A stretch of 64,000 nucleotides of DNA from Eledone cirrhosa (taxonomy: Eukaryota), in NCBI GenBank assembly GCA_964016885.1, contig OZ024749.1, positions 46,686,001 through 46,750,000 on the forward strand. The letters run 5' to 3'. The notes beneath the pieces are model-generated. The model was given only the letters and a program-made list of their open reading frames with translations, was not told where the DNA came from and ran no database searches. The first letter of the stretch is position 1. Every line of letters begins with the position of its first letter. Positions 26,543 to 41,730 of the stretch are shown one piece after another. The position numbers and the translations under genes were made by a program.

Positions 26543-28361
26543 CTGTGTGTGTTGTGTAAATGTGTGTTTGCGTATGTGTTTGTCTCCGTGTCTATTTGTA
26601 TGGGTATATGTCTATGTATGTATGCGTCCGTGTGTGTTTGCGAGCGTGTCCGTACATATATGCATGTTTATACGATACAGAAATTCATAGTGACATTTAA
26701 TTAAGATAATCTTTATATGTCTACTTGATGATGTTCACCAGATGTTTAACAAAAGCATTCTTTTCATATAGATCATACTTTGGCAGATTTCTGTTTTCTT
26801 GTATGTAAAGCCATTCACATAAATGTTGATTTGTATAACATAAATGGTTTTGAGCGTTTGATATAATGATGCATACATTAAATCAAGTCGTCTATTTTCA
26901 AGAAAATTGACAGATGATAGAATTAGGGTGATAGTCTTCAGACGCAAGCGTTAATAATTCTGACACACACACACAAACTCACGCACCACTATATATGTTT
27001 AGATAGGCAATGGTTTGGAAAAGCATCTGGTATGTCCAACATTATAATTACCCAGTTTAAAAATAAAATGAATTTACTTACTCGCAAATATTGATCGCCC
27101 ACTTCTGCTGAATGACCCGTTTCCTTATGCTGTAAAATATTACGCATAATTAGGTATAAATCCATATTACTTATTATTATCCATTTTCAATGAATTATTA
27201 GTTGGATACATGGTTCTCGATTTGGCTTAAAAATTACGATGGGGAATATTTCTAAAAAATACGAAACATTTACTTTACATGAATAATTATATAATCTATC
27301 AAGTATTGTGTTACTTGATGGCTATTACATGATTACTATATCATGCAATCCCCATTGGAACGGGTTTGCATTGAAGAACAATGTTTATATGACATTTACA
27401 GATTTTTACATGTATTTATAGTAGGTATATTGTAATCACTATATTGCTACTGTTGTCGGTTAGTCACATTTAATCGATGGCTGAGAATCCTTTAATGAAA
27501 TATATTTCCTTAGTTAAACTACATTACTATTACGGTATATGCCACGCAGGACTATATTTTCTATCCGATGAATTTTCTCTTAGGGTAAATGCAAGTCTAT
27601 ATGTTGAGCAATAAGTATGTTTTTTTGTGTTGTTTTAAGTATGTTGAACAACGGCAGAGATGCCTGTGTGTGGCCTCGATATTAAGATATTTAATCTGTG
27701 AAGTAGTCATTTTATGAGAATCAGTAATTCTTGATTTGGAGTTGGTTGCAAGTGCAGAATTTCGCTCATGTTATAATGCAACTAATGTGACATGGAATTA
27801 ATTTACTGTAATACGATTTGGCTCTGTTATAACACCCATGTTAACTTCATTAACGTTTCAGGAAATTTATTTTATTTGAGATCTAAGATATTTATCAATT
27901 TGAGATCTTTGAAATAATTAACAATGCGTTTCAATCTACACAGCCAATTCGAAGTTGTTGATGCGACGTCAAAATTTAAAATAATATATACTAAAGGTAA
28001 AGTAAATTTGGAACACGTTTAGATAAGATTTCACAATTATAAATAATCATTTATACTATCCCCATGGAAATAGAATTTTGTGGCCACTTAAGAAACACAT
28101 ATACACCGATCTAGCTGTGGAAATCTAAGATAAAAAGGAAGCCATACAGATTTATGTATTAGGATATATAGGCGAATTTCACTAAAATCATACACTGCAG
28201 CCTACACTCTATAAATTCTTTTCATATGTAATCGAAATGTCCTTGTTTCATATTCTATTATATACACTCTGGTTGCGTATAGCGTGCCTGATTTGGTACA
28301 CATACATGAAATCAACTGTACTACCCAGACATTATATATTTATATATATATATATATTTAT

Positions 28362-28431
<70 letters not shown>

Positions 28432-28500
28432 TTCGACAGCTAGATCCGATGGCTGTCGAAACGGCCGCAGCTCAGCCGTCGAGGTCCTGACACTTTTCCT

Positions 28501-28502
<2 letters not shown>
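28432..28502 (+). mobile_element. Truncated PLE-tail-family piece with the 3' half of a hammerhead-like motif
   Basis: gacagc..gctgtc-GAAA-CGGCCG (palindromic stem III); lies between microsatellites. Confidence 0.55.
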
Positions 28503-28595
<93 letters not shown>

Positions 28596-28744
28596 TAGAT
28601 AAATATGTATGTATGTGTTCGTGTCTAATTTTAATGAAGGCGTGGAATCAATCATAGATTAAGTCTAATTTCTATTTCAACTGGTGAATTTTAAAGATTG
28701 TATATATACATATATGCATGTATAGATAACCACACACATACCCT

Positions 28745-28811
<67 letters not shown>

Positions 28812-29894
28812 CGTCGTGATTGTACATTTCAATTAATATAGGAAATCGTATTTGGAAACCGATGGGAATATATGATATAGTAATAGATTATTTCAATAAT
28901 ACGACTCAAGAAATATATGTAATTCAATTATCTGTAAGACTACTCCTAAGATAGATATTATCAAGAGATAAATCATCAATAATATTTCGTTTTGGTAATT
29001 AGAACATTTTACTGAACTCAAATCTAAATGTGGTCGCTTTTCTATCATTTAATATGGAAAAAGCAAATTAACTTATATTTACAACCACAATCTAAATACG
29101 ATCTTTGATATCCTCACTGAATTAGGTGGTACTATCCTTCGGGATTTAATCTAACGTCGTTTTTAGAGTATTATGACCAGACTCTACGATTATTTAGAGA
29201 ACACCTGAACGCTAGATTGTCATACGCAGGGACATGGTGCCAAACACGTCAATAAAGTGAGCGGAGCCATATATAGCCAAAGTCAATATGAATTAAGTTT
29301 AACGTTGCACTAAATATTATATATTAAATATATAGTAAAACAAAAGAAAACAATATCATGTATCTTCCCTATGTCATTAGGCAAAACGCTTAGAAAACCA
29401 ATCTGAAATCTATATAAATATATTTTTTTTGGAAAAGGAAATCCTACGTTTTGTCAGCACTTTCCTGATACCATATTACACCATAAGTGTAGAATATAAA
29501 GTGCTTACACCTTTAGTAACTACTGCGGTTAGAAACGATGTGTACAGGACGTTAGAAGCTTTGCCAAAATCACATTGATAACAAGTGTTACGTATCTAGC
29601 AGAATTTGAACTCGCTATGTTTTAGCACAAATAATCTAGATAAACTTAGATATCGTAATTAGGTAAACAGCTGTTTCTGATTATTTCTATTCCAGACGTT
29701 GTGAGATATGGTCAGGTGCAATGTTGTGTGGCATTAACGATTTTTTTTCTTTCTTTGTTTTTAGCAATATAACGATATTAATTATAATTATAGGAGTTGA
29801 ATAAATGTGAAACATTATATATCATATTTTAGATAAACTGTAAAAAGTATTTTAAAGTTTGATTTTAAAGGAAAATCTATATTATAAGACAATC

Positions 29895-29984
<90 letters not shown>

Positions 29985-30017
29985 AATTGCCCATATTGTA
30001 TATATATATATATACAT

Positions 30018-30075
<58 letters not shown>

Positions 30076-30138
30076 ATATGTTGATTTAAAACTGCACTAT
30101 CAACAAGTGTTTTTTAGCCTTCATATCATGTTCTCCTG

Positions 30139-30205
30139 TTTTATCTGATGAAAACACAAATATTATTGCTTGATGATGTTTGTTTTTGAAATGCGCATAA
30201 TAAAA
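30139..30205 (+). ncRNA. Type I hammerhead ribozyme, intact, in a ~170-bp island (30071-30243) between (TA)n tracts
   Basis: TTTTAT-CTGATGA-AAAcACAAATATTATT-gctt-GATGATGTTTGTtTTT-GAAA-TGCGCA-TA-ATAAAA. Confidence 0.9.
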
Positions 30206-30237
30206 TATATGGAACTCCTTTAACCATCTTTTGATCT

Positions 30238-30298
<61 letters not shown>

Positions 30299-31191
30299 TA
30301 AATACGTGCATACATACTTACATACATTATAAAGAATCCCTCTGGAGGCGGAGATTTGACACATAAGCGCTTGTGATAAACTGCATATGTCGCATGCCCG
30401 GCAGCATCATTTAACTACTACACAAATGCGTCTGTAATGCCTTTTTTATGAGCAAGGATCATTGATAAAATTATATTTTGGAAGGCGAGTACATGATGCG
30501 TATTTTCTAGTATTTACTTTAGGGTTTTACTAATGAGGGTGTCATATTGATATTAAGTAGTGTCGAGGTCTCAAATTTTCAATAATTTTATTCAGATGTG
30601 ACGCGCGTTTCACGGGAGAAAAGAACAACGTGTCATCACTGTATCGACCGGGCCCGACTCTGGAATAAAAATCTCATCAGACCTCTTTAAACAGAAGTCT
30701 TTTGAGTAATGGGACATGTTTAGTGAAAAGGAAAGCTTTAACACCCCCTTGGAATAATTTGTTGTTATATTATGCTTGTATGTGATGTGTGGGTAAGTGT
30801 TTGTTTATGTGTGTGTGTTTATGTTTGTTTATGTGTGTGTGTTTATGTGTGGGTGTTTGTGTGTGTTAGTGTAAGACTAAACAAGAACATTTAAATAAGC
30901 TCAATATTTTATATAAAGTAATGTTTTAGGATATGTGTTCGACTGCTCAATGGGCAATACATATCTGTGTATACATGTGTTTATAACCCTATGGAAATAT
31001 ACGACATTTACTTTGAGTGAGTGTTATGAATTAATATATTATATGTTTTGTTAAATAAACAGTTTGTAGTTATTGAAATACCTGCAAACTATATAAGTTA
31101 TTCATGTATGCATCATATATAATATCATACACTTCACACAGATAAGTAGATTAACGTATGATTAAATAAATAAATGTATATATATAAATAA

Positions 31192-31236
<45 letters not shown>

Positions 31237-31287
31237 ATGTATATATAATGTATATATATAATATATATATATATTTATATATTTATA

Positions 31288-31320
<33 letters not shown>

Positions 31321-31324
<4 letters not shown>

Positions 31325-32055
31325 GCTCAATGTTTAGACAAATCACAGAGGCAATAAACATAAATGAACTCGAACCAAAATTAAATAGAAAACATGAATG
31401 GAACAGCAACATCACAACATACAATTAAGGACAACATGAACACACACACACATAGAACAGACAACCAACCTGTAACATGTAAATAAACAAATAAATAAAC
31501 AAATATAACCACACCCATACACCCGGATGTAACACACGCTCAAACTAAGCGCACAACACACACACAAACAAGATGGCGTCGGACAGAACAAAGGTGAGGC
31601 ACAAAAGCAAAGGAAATAATCCCCAGTCACTGGATAGGTCCCATAATGTGTGACGAAAGAACTTTGACAATATATGAACAATCATCTGGTTGAGGAACCA
31701 TCCAACCAACCGGAAATTTATAAATTCCTAAATTTATAAATTTAATTTATAATAAATTGAAGTGAAAGCAACTGGTTTTTGTGTGTGTTATGACACACAC
31801 AAAAACAAGATGGCGTAGGACAGAACAAAGGAGAGGCACAAAAACAAAGAAAATAATCTCCCGTCAGTGAAGAGGTCACATGATGTGTGACGAAAGAACT
31901 TTGACAATATATAAACAATCATCTGGTTGTGGAACCAACCAACCAGCCGGAATTTTATAAATTCCCAATTTTATAAATGTATTATAATAAAGTAAAGTGA
32001 AAGCGAGGGGGCGTGTGTTTGTTATTGGCAACATGACCCTCCCAAAGTATAATAA
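31321..32055 (+). mobile_element. PLE 3' fragment (same family as 8633-9510): end of GIY-YIG followed by a partial tandem pLTR
   Basis: Translates MFRQITEAININELEPKLNRKHEWNSNITTYN*; pLTR repeated from ~31790; degenerate HHRs at 31626-31668 and 31863-31905. Confidence 0.9.
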
Positions 32056-32066
32056 TATATATATAT

Positions 32067-32234
32067 AGGTAAGTTATTCCTGGTTGAATCGGAGGTTACC
32101 ACAGTAAGTAAGGTACTTAATACTTAGCAGAGTATACAAGTGTTAATATAGATGAGATTCTAGAGGAATAGAACTGTGTCATTCTTTAGAAATCATCAGG
32201 ATTCCTGACGAAACAGTTCCAGTCCTGTAGAATC

Positions 32235-32327
<93 letters not shown>

Positions 32328-32495
32328 TGATATTCTACAGGACTAAAACTCTTTGATCAGGAATCCTGATGAATTCTAAAGAATGAAACAGTTCTAGTCC
32401 TGTAGAATCTCATCTATATTAAAACTTTTATACTCTGCTATGTTTTGAGTACCTTACTTACTGTGGTTACCTCCGATTCAACCCGGAATAACTTA

Positions 32496-32498
<3 letters not shown>
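32067..32498. mobile_element. Nested fold-back element (arms 32067-32240 / 32324-32498 around (TC)n(TA)n) with HHR-like cores
   Basis: Arms are reverse complements; right arm cagga-atc-CTGATGA-ATTC-taaa-GAAT-GAAAC-agttc-tag-tcctg (32358-32402). Confidence 0.85.
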
Positions 32499-32574
<76 letters not shown>

Positions 32575-32582
<8 letters not shown>

Positions 32583-33162
32583 TATAAAGATACCCGCCGT
32601 ATGTATGTAAGAAACGTTTCGCCAAACGGCTGTACCAACCAAACAGCACCACATTTGCACCATCGAAGTAACTTTTTCCAAGTAAGAAAGTGCCATTCGT
32701 TTTTGTCTTCTAAATTTCGTTAAAATATTAAAGATATTTTATAGTTTATTTAAATATTCACTTCTTTAAACTTTAATCTGCTTAAACTTTAATCTGTTAA
32801 TTTAATATTTATATATATAATTATAAATTCGTCTACAGATATTTTTGCATACACAACAACAAAATATATACAAACGTATTTATTTCACGAAAGCAAAAAC
32901 GGATTATCGCCATTGTTGCTGCCGATATGCCACCCAGAAATATTTCTAGAGCAACAGAGAGACTAAGCTTCGCGATTACCATCAATAAAGCTCTGGGTCA
33001 AACCTTAAAAGTGGCTGGCTTTCATCTGGAAAAACTTGAATCTCCCATGGTCAATTGTATGTAGGATGCTCTAGGGTGATCTCGCCAAACAATCTCTTCA
33101 TCTTTGCTCCCGAGGGCCGAAGAAAAAATATTATATACTCTGAGGCTCTAACAATGTTTTAG
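32575..33162 (+). mobile_element. Internally deleted Helitron; frameshifted PIF1-like helicase C-terminus at ~32960-33162
   Basis: RLSFAITINKALGQTLKVAGFHLE / SHGQLYVGCSRVISPNNLFIFAPEGRRKNIIYSEAL correspond to RepHel helicase motifs V-VI. Confidence 0.9.
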
Positions 33163-33404
33163 GGGTTATATTTAGTTACACATTCTGACATTAAACACCC
33201 TTCCTCTCCTCAATGCAAACTATGCAATGTATATATATTTGGTGAAACACACCATAGAAACACAATATTGAAAGAACAATGAAGGGATATGATGATATCA
33301 CAAGTGGCATTACACTCTTCACGTATTGCACGTGTATTCAACAACAAGCAGTAAATGCATATACATATGTGTGTGTGTGTGAATGTGCGTGTGTGTATAT
33401 ACAT

Positions 33405-33845
<441 letters not shown>

Positions 33846-33972
33846 AAAGTTATATTTAAATTGTTGTGTTACAACTAGTAAATATTTATAACTGATATAA
33901 AAGCACTCGACAAATATATGGAGTATATTTACAATATTAAATAAATGGAAACTATATTTATAAAACCATATT

Positions 33973-34038
33973 TATTTCATTATATATATTTCAGGGATAA
34001 CATATTAACAATATGCTATGCCTTCCTCAGACAAAATA
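33973..34038 (-). ncRNA. Type I hammerhead ribozyme in the inverted pLTR
   Basis: RC: TATTTTGT-CTGAGGA-AGGcATAGCATATT..AATATGTTATcCCT-GAAA-TATATA-TA-ATGAAATA. Confidence 0.9.
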
Positions 34039-34291
34039 CAATATAAACAGTTTTATAGATAAATAGATTCGACATACCGTAACAACATATACTTGCATTT
34101 GAGAAGGTTGATTTGGTTGTGACAAAATTGTACACAGAGAGAAAGAAAGAGAGAGAGAAAGAGAGAAAAAAGAGAGAAAAAAGGAAAGAAAGACAGAAAA
34201 CGAAGAAAAAGAAAAAGAAGAAATGCATGGAACAAAATAGAGAGATGGAAAGATAGATAAAGAGAAGAACTTCATGTAAGGAAACAGAAAG

Positions 34292-34325
<34 letters not shown>

Positions 34326-34688
34326 GAAATAGATATAGATACATATATAGAAAGCTAGGTAGTGGGACGACTGTTGAATAACGTATCAATGATACATTTA
34401 TTTATTTATTTATTTATTTAGCTCTAGTATTAATGTAAGGGAGATATATGGAGGGAAAACCAGCTGTTATATAGGGAGAGAAAAAATATAGAGAGAGAAA
34501 AAAAGAGAGAGAGAAAATTCAAAAATATCCAGACACAGGCGAGGCGTACAACCTCTGTTTTAATGTAGAGGTATTAGTATTTACAAAACCAGCCTCTGCA
34601 TTGTAAATATCAGTATTCCTGAATGAGATATGTATCCACAATGTGTGAAAATTAATGATCTTATGTTTAGTTTTAAAAAAAAAAATCA

Positions 34689-36292
34689 AAATCGGACTTG
34701 GGCAAATTAAGCAAAAACATTCTTGACAGGGTGATACAGTAAATTAAGAACTTGGATTGTTTATCTAACCTGAGCTTGTGGAAGGGAACTGGAGAAGTCG
34801 TTGAGTGGTTTAAGCAAATTAAATATAACAATAATAATAAGTTTATTCAACTTGATATAGCTAACTATTATTCTTCTATTACCCCTAATCTACTAAATAA
34901 GGCACTAAATTACGCATTCAAACATACTGACCTAACTAGCAATGAAATGCATATTATATTATCGGCTAGGAAAACTTTGATAGAATTTAATGACCAACTA
35001 TGGACCAGAGCAGATAGAGATAGCAATTTTGACATTACTATGGGATCATCCGACTCAGCCCAGGTAACTGACCTTGTGGGTTTATTTTTAATCAATTCGC
35101 TACATAGGAAAATACCCGGTACTACCGGAGGTTTATAAAGAGACGACATGCTTTTACTTATTGATAATAATAACTCTAAACTAAATAGAAAATATAAACA
35201 AATTACACAATTTTTTAATTACTTTAATCTTAAAATAGAAATTGAAAACAACCATAGAATAGTCAATTTCCTAGATATAACATTAAATCTCAACACATGT
35301 CTTCACTATCCTTTTCACAAGTTGAATGAAAACTTAAACTATGTAAACTTTAACTCTAACCACCCCAGATCTGTCAAAAACACTATAGTAAACTCTGTCC
35401 AAAAACGTATCTCTAGGATCTCGTCGAATAGAAAGATTTTCGACGAAAAAGACCAATACTACAATGAAGCATTAGCTAGAGCAGGATATGCTGATATGTG
35501 TACATAGATAATGATAGAGAAACTAAACAAAGTAACAACTTTTTTAATTACGGCAACATCCTTAACAACTATAATAGAAAGCATTACAATAATTCCAAAG
35601 GCCAAAAAAGAAATAGAACTAGGAACATAATTTGGTTTGCCCCCCCTTTCTCACTAAACATTAAAACCCACATCGCTAAACTATTTTTTAAAGCTCTTGA
35701 TAATTGCTTCCCTAGAACACATAGATATCACTCAATTTTCAATAGACATACAATTAAATTAACCTACTCATCCACCAAAAATTTAGCACAAAATATCAAT
35801 AGAATAAATAATAGGAACTTAAAACCTAGTGATAACAGCATAAATAATATACAAGTTAACAAATGTAACTGTAGAGATAGATCTAAATGTCCGTTAAATA
35901 ACAACTGCTTAGTTAAAAATATAGTATACAATTGTAATGTTAATACTGACTCTAATTCTTTTAACTACGTCGGTTCCACATCGACGGAATTTAAACTTCG
36001 CTATAATAACCACAATAATTCTTTCACAGATCCAAGTAAAAAATCTTCAACGGCACTATCAGGCGTACTATGGCAACTTAAGCTAGATAACGTTAGATAT
36101 TCGACGGCTTGGAATATAGTCTCAAGAGGGATTCCTTTTAATTCATCCTCTGAGACATGTGACCTCTGCGCAGAGGAGATATTCTTTATACTAAAATCTA
36201 AAAATTCCCTTAATCTACGGACAAATTTATTCAGTTGTTGCAAACATAGATTAAACTCAACGTTTAAATATAAATTTAAATTTAAAATGTAG
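34689..36292 (+). pseudogene. Disrupted PLE polyprotein: reverse transcriptase plus C-terminal GIY-YIG endonuclease (Naiad-like)
   Basis: KSDLGKLSK..FIQLDIANYY..FDITMGSSDSAQVTDLVGL..GL*RDD..VNFLDITL..SNHP; then RNIIWFAPPFS..CNCR..CPL..NIVY..YVGST..R..NH..CDLC; TAA stops at ~34740 and 35136 (at the Y of YRDD), frameshift at ~35500. Confidence 0.92.
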
Positions 36293-37697
36293 TATATTTA
36301 GTTTGATTTATAATTATATGGGAAACTAGCCGATAAATTTTGATTCTCTTTTTACTCTTTTTATTTTTATTTTATTTATTTAAACATTCTTCATGAAAAA
36401 TTAAGCTATCCTAAAAGTTGATGCTCCAAATATTTCGAATAAACGTTACACTAGATAAACTTCTATATTAAATATAAGAACACATGTAGACCAAATTGGG
36501 CATCCTATACTTTTTGAAATGATCTTTGCTAGATGCGATTTGATAGATAATTTTTGGCTTTATCTGTTTTTCGACTCTGATGTTTATAATAAACTTGGCA
36601 ATATATTGTCAATTAATTTTGAAGGGTTGATCTTTGTGGTTTATTTTATTTTTATTACTGTAGTATTTCCTAATTTTTATTTTTAATATTTTTAATATGT
36701 ACATTTTTTAATATGTAATATTTTTAATATGTAATATTTTTTCGTAATATTTCTTAGTTTTCTATTTTATTATTACTTATTATTATTATTGTTATTTTTA
36801 GTTTAGTTTTGTTTCCGATATATTTTTATTTATATTTTTATTTTTATTTTTATTAGTATATTGAAATCTGCTCTATCTTTGCTTGATAAATAATCTTGTA
36901 GAGTAGAGACAGAAATAGTAATATTGACTCTATATACACATATATGTATACTTAAATTTTTATACCGCATTGAGAATACTTTCCGTGAACTTAGGGTTTG
37001 CAGAATTGATCATGTACATTCACATAGATGTTTGTAATTATCACATAAACATATGAATTTTTTTTAAAAACTAAACATAAGATCATTAATGTTCACACAT
37101 TGTGGATACATATCTCATTCAGGAATACTGATATTTACAATGCAGAGGCTGGTTTTGTAAATACTAATACCTCTACATTAAAACAGAGGTTGTACGCCTC
37201 GCCTGTGTCTGGATATTTTTGAATTTTCTCTCTCTCTTTTTTTCTCTCTCTATATTTTTCTCTCCCTATATAACAGCTGGTTTTCCCTCCGCATATCTCC
37301 CTTACATTAATACTAGAGCTAAATAAATAAATAAATAAATCAATGTATCATTGATACGTTATTCAACAGTCGTCCCACTACCTAGCTTTCTATATATGTA
37401 TCTATCTCTATTTCCTCTCTCTCTCTCTCTATATATATATATATCTTTCTGTTTCCTTACATGAAGTTCTTCTCTTTATCTATCTTTCCATCTCTCTATT
37501 TTGTTCCATGCATTTCTTCTTTTTCTTTTTCTTCGTTTTCTGTCTTTCTTTCCTTTTTTCTCTCTTTTTTCTCTCTTTCTCTCTCTCTTTCTTTCTCTCT
37601 GTGTACAATTTTGTCACAACCAAATCAACCTTCTCAAATGCAAGTAGATGTTGTTACGGTATGTCGAATCTATTTATCTATAAAACTGTTTATATTG

Positions 37698-37763
37698 TAT
37701 TTTGTCTGAGGAAGGCATAGCATATTGTTAATATGTTATCCCTGAAATATATATAATGAAATA
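37698..37763 (+). ncRNA. Type I hammerhead ribozyme in the 3' pLTR
   Basis: Identical to the reverse complement of 33973-34038. Confidence 0.9.
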
Positions 37764-37850
37764 AATATGGTTTTATAAATATAGTTTCCATTTATTTAAT
37801 ATTGTATATATATATATATATACACAGACATATATATATATATATCTATA

Positions 37851-37899
<49 letters not shown>

Positions 37900-38335
37900 A
37901 CACACATATACACACACACATGCGCACACACATACACACACACACATATATGCATACACGATTCATATAATGTCCTATACATTTATATGTATCAGTTTTT
38001 TTTATGCATGCTTCATTCAACCAACTATTATTGCCAAGAAACTTATGTTTTTCCTCCAATGTTTAGAGAAGCGTTCAAGTTGAAAATTAATGCTTTCACT
38101 CGTATTCAAATCTCATATCACACAGGAAAACAAATGAAACATTTATACGTTCATTTACATCAATTTACAGTGTAATGTCTTACTCGGTGGAGATAACATT
38201 TCAAACTCCCCTTGTAGATATCGTTGGAAAAGATGATGTAGGCATCATAAATATTAACTATTTCAGATAATCATATATGTATCCCTCATTTTTTCCCCAC
38301 ACCCTGCCTTTCCACTCTGTCCATCTACATCACTC

Positions 38336-38374
<39 letters not shown>

Positions 38375-38933
38375 GTGGGAAATGGTGTAATTGTGGATGT
38401 TTGTGTGCATATTTGGTGTGCCTATGTATGTGTTTCTATAGGGTATATATAGATAGATATACATAGGTTTCATAAATATGTATCCAAACTAAGAGAGATA
38501 CGTATATATTACATAGGGTGAAAAGTTCATGATTATGTAACGGAAAATATTGAATATTTAGTCAAAGCGAAAAACTATTGCCATTTATTGGCATAAAACT
38601 GATAATATATAGAAACGTTATCTTTCACATTAAATTTGAACTAAAGTTTTGAGGGCATATCTTGGTTTAATATTCCGGTGGGTGAAGATGAGTCAATGCT
38701 AATGAACTTTGCGTGTCTTGTGAAATGGATCAGATTTATGTTTACAAATATGAGTTACTTATGAGCTAGATATCGATATATGCAACGGCTTGAATTCAGC
38801 AAGGAAAGGATCCGTCAAATTGTTTGCTACATATCCATGGATGAGTAACACAGATTTTAATACATAACACATGTTCAGATACGAAATACATTAAACCCCA
38901 GCTTGATTAATTTTGTACATTATATATATATAC

Positions 38934-39011
<78 letters not shown>

Positions 39012-40675
39012 TTTATATATATATATTCAATATAATTCACGTTTTCCTTTACAGCTTCCCTTTATGGAAACAAAACTACAGAGTAAATTATGACAGAGAT
39101 ACATTTTCTAGCCTAAACAATGTATACAATAGGATACTACTGGTATATTATACACTTCATTCTCTTGCTCACGTGCAATATTGAATAGACGATACTCTAT
39201 ATTTTAAACAATCTATAGTACATGTTAGATTATGTTGATTAAATCCTCGTAGAATAAAACAAAGGAGTGTGTGGATGAGAGCGAGAGATTATGGGAGCGA
39301 AAGAAAGGAAAGTTGTATGAGAGAATTTAGAGGAGGCTGTGGATACTTTACTATTTTAGCAACATTCTATGCTTGCTGTTGTTAATTCAACAAATGTGTG
39401 ATTATACTGGTCAATATCCGGCTCAGAAATCATATTACCTGAGGAGGATTTGAACTATGGACTTACATGAAATATATAATGCTTATTTATATCCAAAGAT
39501 CTTAGGATAAGGATAATGTCACTATGTAAATTCCTGCGTGAATGCGATATCATTATTTGCAAGTATTGTTTCGTGCTTTTACGTTATATCTTCGAAAACG
39601 ACGTTCTTCTGCTTAGCGTTTGCACAGACTTCAAGTGAGATTATTCGGCCGACATATATACAAATGTCAAACTGAGCGAAATTTAATGTCAATCCAGCCG
39701 TAATTTTCTAGTCCTTTTTTGTGGCATAATGTATAACGGAACTCTTTATCAAATAAGCTCTCCCACTTATCACAGAATTATATAGCACATTTTGTGTCTG
39801 AAAATATAATTACACTTTTAACACCATATCAAATAATGAACAGATTTATGGCCAAAGGCCTTTAACCTATTATTTTCTTCAGGCTGCATTATTTCTTGTA
39901 TCCTACCAAATTTTGAAAAGTGTGCCCTCAAGTAGTAAATTCCAACGTCATCGTTGTGTAAAGAAATTATCATGATATATACCGAATTTGCCTCGTTCGA
40001 TGGCCAATTAAGCATTAGCCTTTCGGTATTATCCTCAATGGAAAATCAGCAAGATATTATCAGGCTCAGAATCCGAAATTATATGAAGAATTATGAGCTT
40101 AATATGTATCTGTGAAGTAGCTAATTGTGAATTATCCACGTTTGGGCTTTAATAGCAAATATCGAGCAATTGTGCTAAGTTGTTACAGTGACAACATGCC
40201 ATGTGCATTAGTACACTTGCTTACAAATGAATGTTAAACATATGATATATATTTCCTATTTTTCCGAATTTGCATTAATATCATATATGCGTGTGTGTGT
40301 GTGAGTGTACGTGTTTGTGTGTGTGTGCGTGTGTGTGAATATACATATGTGTTTCATGCGCATATATATATATGTAACAGTGTATATATATGTATGTATA
40401 GATACGCGCATGTAGGTTTATGTGTATGTCTATGTATGTATATTTGTATGTATACATACATTTTTACGTTATAAGATGTTGCTTCGTTCTAACTCGGGGA
40501 CACTTTCAGTTTTAATAAATATCACTTTCAAAATTTGTATCCAAAACATAATTGTTTTGTTCTTGAAAATGTGGGTAATAAAATAATTATATTGTGTTGT
40601 TTATTAAACAACTTTGTACAATACAAAGATCACTCTTCTTTCATTTAATGTTCTACGGAAATACTTAACGTAATT

Positions 40676-40762
<87 letters not shown>

Positions 40763-41730
40763 TGTTGTGTACATCTATGTGTGAACTAGTGTCCTACCGT
40801 TTATGGATATTTTAGAAAATTAACCGTTACAAGTTCGCAACACAGTTACGTTCATTGCAGATTTTAGCTGATGCAACATACACCTGTTGAATAGAGGATA
40901 AAACTAATTTATGTGATTTGTTGTTTTATTGTGTGTTAAAGATGAAGTGCCGATCAAGTTACATCCATAGTGAACAAAGGCTGCTTTATTTGACGCTGCT
41001 GTCATTGAACATTTACATGAAGCCTTATATCCGAAAACATTACAAACAAAGACGGAGAACGTATCTCGCAAGCAGGTATTGAAATATATATATGTTTTCA
41101 TGTGAAAAAACACATTAAATACAAGGTTGATGCATCCCCAAAGCAGGGCATCAATAAACTTTAGAAGGAATACCCATTCAGAAATATCCGGAAGAGAACA
41201 ACAGACCATTCTATCATCGACACTTCGAGAACAACATCATATCGCTTGAAATATATTTAAAAAATCATGAGACAAATGAGAATTCACTAGCTTCACATTG
41301 ACAATATTAGGAAATGCATCATCATTTTTTACTGGTTGCAACTTATGTCACAAATATCTTAAAGAGAACCTTCATATTCTTCAGTATAATCAATTCCTAT
41401 GAAAGTGAACTAATTTATAGTTACACAAACATGAACAATGTATTCTCATTAACATGGAATCGTGTGCTAATAAAAACTAAGAAAAAAATTAAGCGGTTAA
41501 TCCACGTATTATCTTCAACATTCTCCTAACTGAACTTAAACTCGGAAACATCACTTACATGCTTGCAGATTTTATCGAATGACAAGAAGAAGATTTGATT
41601 AGATCATACACAAACATAAAAATATATGTGCATATGAGTGTATGTAGTACACCCACACACACACATATATATATATATATGTTTATCTATCTATCTATAT
41701 ATATACATATATATGTATATATATATATAT

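Noticed and set aside
34689-36292. Selenocysteine read-through, as reported for some Naiad elements
   Set aside because: The interrupting stops are TAA, not TGA, and I saw no convincing SECIS
39818-40015. RRM-like peptide LRAHFSKFGRIQEI
   Set aside because: No RNP1/RNP2 motifs in frame; better treated as chance or a decayed Ig-like exon
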